Positions 61,264 through 64,000 of a DNA stretch of 64,000 nucleotides are shown here, one piece after another. Source of the DNA: Azolla caroliniana (taxonomy: Eukaryota > Plantae > Polypodiophyta). The translations under genes were made by a program, and so were the position numbers. The first letter of the stretch is position 1. The number at the start of each line of letters is the position of its first letter. The stretch is from the NCBI GenBank assembly GCA_043228905.1, contig JBHGNT010000084.1:34393-98392 (forward strand). Reading direction: 5' to 3'. The notes under the pieces were generated by a model that made no database searches, was not told the DNA's origin, and saw only the letters and a list, made by a program, of their open reading frames with translations.

Positions 61264-64000
61264 TTAGTTGGACGCAGAATCTCGAGCTTGAACATAAGTG
61301 AGTTCCAAAGGAGGATCAGGGACCTGAAGATGCTGCTCTAGCATCCACAAGATTGTGCTCATCGATGGCCGGGATGATGGATTCTGTTGAATGCACCAGA
61401 ATGCTACATGGATGAGCCTCTTCATGCTCTCCGCGGCTATGGCATGGAGGTAATCCTTCACTTCATCCAGCAAGTGCTTGTCAATGAGAGAGGTTATGTC
61501 TCCATTCTTAGCTTTCTTCACCGCCCATGCCTGAAAACAGAGCCCTTCCTCGCAACCCACCATGGGATCGAGGTTCCTACGGCCTCCCAAGAGCTCCAAG
61601 AGCACCATTCCGTAGCTAAAAACATCACTCTTTTCTGTGAATGGCAAATCCAAGACCAACTCGGGAGCTATGTACCCGATCGTGCCCCGGACCGTACTCA
61701 GGGTATACGCTTTCTCTCCTTCTACTCTCACGATAAGCTCGCTCAGCCGGAAATCTGCTAACTTTGCCCTAAAATTGGCATCCAGCAATACATTCCGTGG
61801 TGTCACATTCAAATGGATGACTTTGCGTTTGCTTCCTTCATGCAGAAAGGTGAGTCCTCGTGCCACATCTACAGCAATCCTGTATCGTACCTCCCATGGC
61901 AACGGATTTCTATTCTCCGCTGTAGTATGGGGGTTATTCCGGAATATCCATCCGTCAAGACAACCATTCTCCATGTACTCGTATACTAGAAGCCGATGAG
62001 TTCCTTCTGCACAGAAACCCCTCAGCTGGACAAGATTGACATGATTCAAGCTGCCCAAAGCAGCTACCTCTGCTCTATATTGCTCCTTCGTAAATGAGGC
62101 TCTGGTTGTTCCTTCGGATAACTTGATTAATCACATTAAACAGAGTGTAATTAGTTTAAGGCATTTGGCCATCAACTGGATTTAGATCACATTAAACATG
62201 AGTATGGCCAATGAATCAGATGGAATGCGGAAGGAAGGCAGACGGTATGGTAAATATATATAATATACGGACTAAGTGGGCTTACCCTTAATCGTTTCAC
62301 TGCCACTTTTATTGCACTGCTAGTGTTCATATTACGCATGTTCATGTTGGTGCTATCATTCTGATGTCGTTGGATGAGACCTTCGTATACTGTACCAAAA
62401 TCCCCTATGAATAGCTTCTTGCTGAATCCCTCTGTGGCAGATTCTAGGTCCTTGTAAGAGTATCTAGGAAGCAAGCCGGGTAAGCTGTCCAGGAAAGCCT
62501 CTTCTTCTGAATCAGGGTACTCTACCGCCTTCCTTGCTAGTCTCTGACCAATGAACACTCCGAGAATGGCAAGGCCAGTGACCAAAGTTACACCTAGTCC
62601 AACACTTAGACCGATGATAACATTCTTGGAGATTCCATTACCATTTGGAACACTGGTAGCAGGATTCTTGGAGATTCCATTACCATTAGGAACACTCGTA
62701 GCAGGTAAGTGTGCGACCCTGAGGTATGCGGTGACACTGGGGTTACCACCGGATTGCATGGTCTGCACTTGGTCATAGAGATGGCAAGCCTGGTTGGTGT
62801 TGTCGTAGAAGGCGGCTGTGCAAGAGCAATTGGGCAAACATAAATTAGTGCATTCGGTTGCGTTGTTCACTATGTGAGAGTCCATGTATGTATTGGCAAA
62901 GTACTCCACCCCTGGCACCTGGAGAAATTGATGTTCCATAGCTATGCTGCAATTGAGCGGAGTGATGAGGCGACATCCCTGTCGAGGATCTGATGAGTCC
63001 ACTTGGGTGAAGAGATCTGGACAGCTGCAAGTTTGGAGAGAGCTACAAAGGCTGTTTACACTGCAGTAGGAGGGCAACTTGCAGTAAGTGCTGAAGAATC
63101 CCTTGAAAAGTTCATTGTCGAGTTGGAGGCCTTTATCAGAGAGGAGAAAAGTGTTTATGTCACCCGTGGGCATGAGACGCAGATATCTGAAGCCCGAGCC
63201 CCCCAAACGGGTGCTAAAACTGAGGCCGTGAATTGTGTACCCACCAGATTGTGCTAGACACTCGGGAGTAATCACAGAGTCTTCTTGATCCAGAGTCACC
63301 CCGGATCCATCTGCGTTATAGATCACCACAGTGCGATTGCAAGCAGAGTGTAAAGCTCCACTGAGGTTTCCGGCAACGCCTTCTGCATAAGTGACGACTG
63401 CATAGGGTATACTGGTCTGTTGTTGATCGAAGGTTGCATAGAACACAGGGCCACCAGGCTCTTCCCTGAGGGCATAATGCCCTGTAGAAACATCCTCTAA
63501 TGAGAGGCGCGCAGTGACAGTGTGGTCAGGCGTAAGGCTCTGTCCCGTGAGCATAACATCTGTAGGGTAATCGTAGCTCTGCCAGAGGGTTGAGTTCCTG
63601 CTATCTTGCATCACAAGATTCCCCGTGCTATTCATCAGGACCCTATATATTCCTGGAGGAGAAGACCAAACTACAGTGGTAGAGGAATTAGCATTAATAG
63701 AATTATTGGCAGAGCTTCCATTGATGTTGGTGCTAATTGAGGTGTGGTCTTCGAGTATGATCTGCTTGTTAGGGTAAATGAGGTTTAGGGCTGCGTTTGG
63801 CGAGACAGGATGGTCTCTGTTGGCAATCCAAACGACCGTTGTGTTGAAGAGGGTACTGAGGATGACGAGAAGTCGTTGTGTGTTGTTTTTATATGGTACG
63901 AACTGCCATGCGAAGGACCCATCCTGACTAAGAAGGATCTGAAGGCCCGTATTCTGTGCGGTGGCTATGGTTGTGTTGCGATCAGGCATTAATAATTTCT
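61264..64000 (-). CDS. G-type lectin S-domain receptor-like kinase (SD2-like), probable pseudokinase; exons 62286->=64000 and 61264-62121
   Basis: Bulb-lectin motifs (VVWIANRDHPV, GNLVM..LWQSYDYPTD), EGF-like (CKLPSYC..CSCP) and PAN (CTNLCLPNCSCTAAFY) domains, a TM helix and a kinase domain. A 164-nt phase-0 GT-AG intron (62122-62285) joins AVKRLR to LSEGT..YRAEVAALGSLNHVNLV. The frame stays open to the window end, so the signal peptide is probably outside. Confidence 0.9.
62622..62705 (-). repeat. Coding 42-bp duplication (PATSVPNGNGISKN x2) in the RLK extracellular juxtamembrane region
   Basis: Two near-identical 42-nt units encoding an identical peptide. Confidence 0.92.

Overview
Eukaryotic land-plant nuclear DNA. 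It is AT-rich and very microsatellite-rich with GT-AG introns; it looks fern-like or non-seed-plant-like, but the taxon cannot be fixed from sequence. Five protein-coding genes were reconstructed by hand. (1) A long Growth-Regulating Factor (QLQ+WRC, minus strand, 4 exons) whose miR396 site is disrupted. (2) An 18-exon peroxisomal beta-oxidation multifunctional protein (AIM1/MFP type, PTS1 -ARL). (3) TAF11 (4 exons). (4) An intronless RING-HC E3 ligase with internal 11-aa repeats and EAR-like motifs. (5) A G-type lectin S-domain receptor kinase with a degenerate catalytic core (likely pseudokinase; its 5' end probably lies outside the window). Mobile DNA includes a 5'-truncated LINE inserted precisely inside a (GA)n microsatellite with no poly(A) tail, a 1.7 kb internally deleted Ty3/gypsy element with a tRNA-Ala primer site, a second decayed LINE, tRNA-like repeats and assorted TE debris. 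Short local tandem duplications are pervasive, and several of them copy splice signals.
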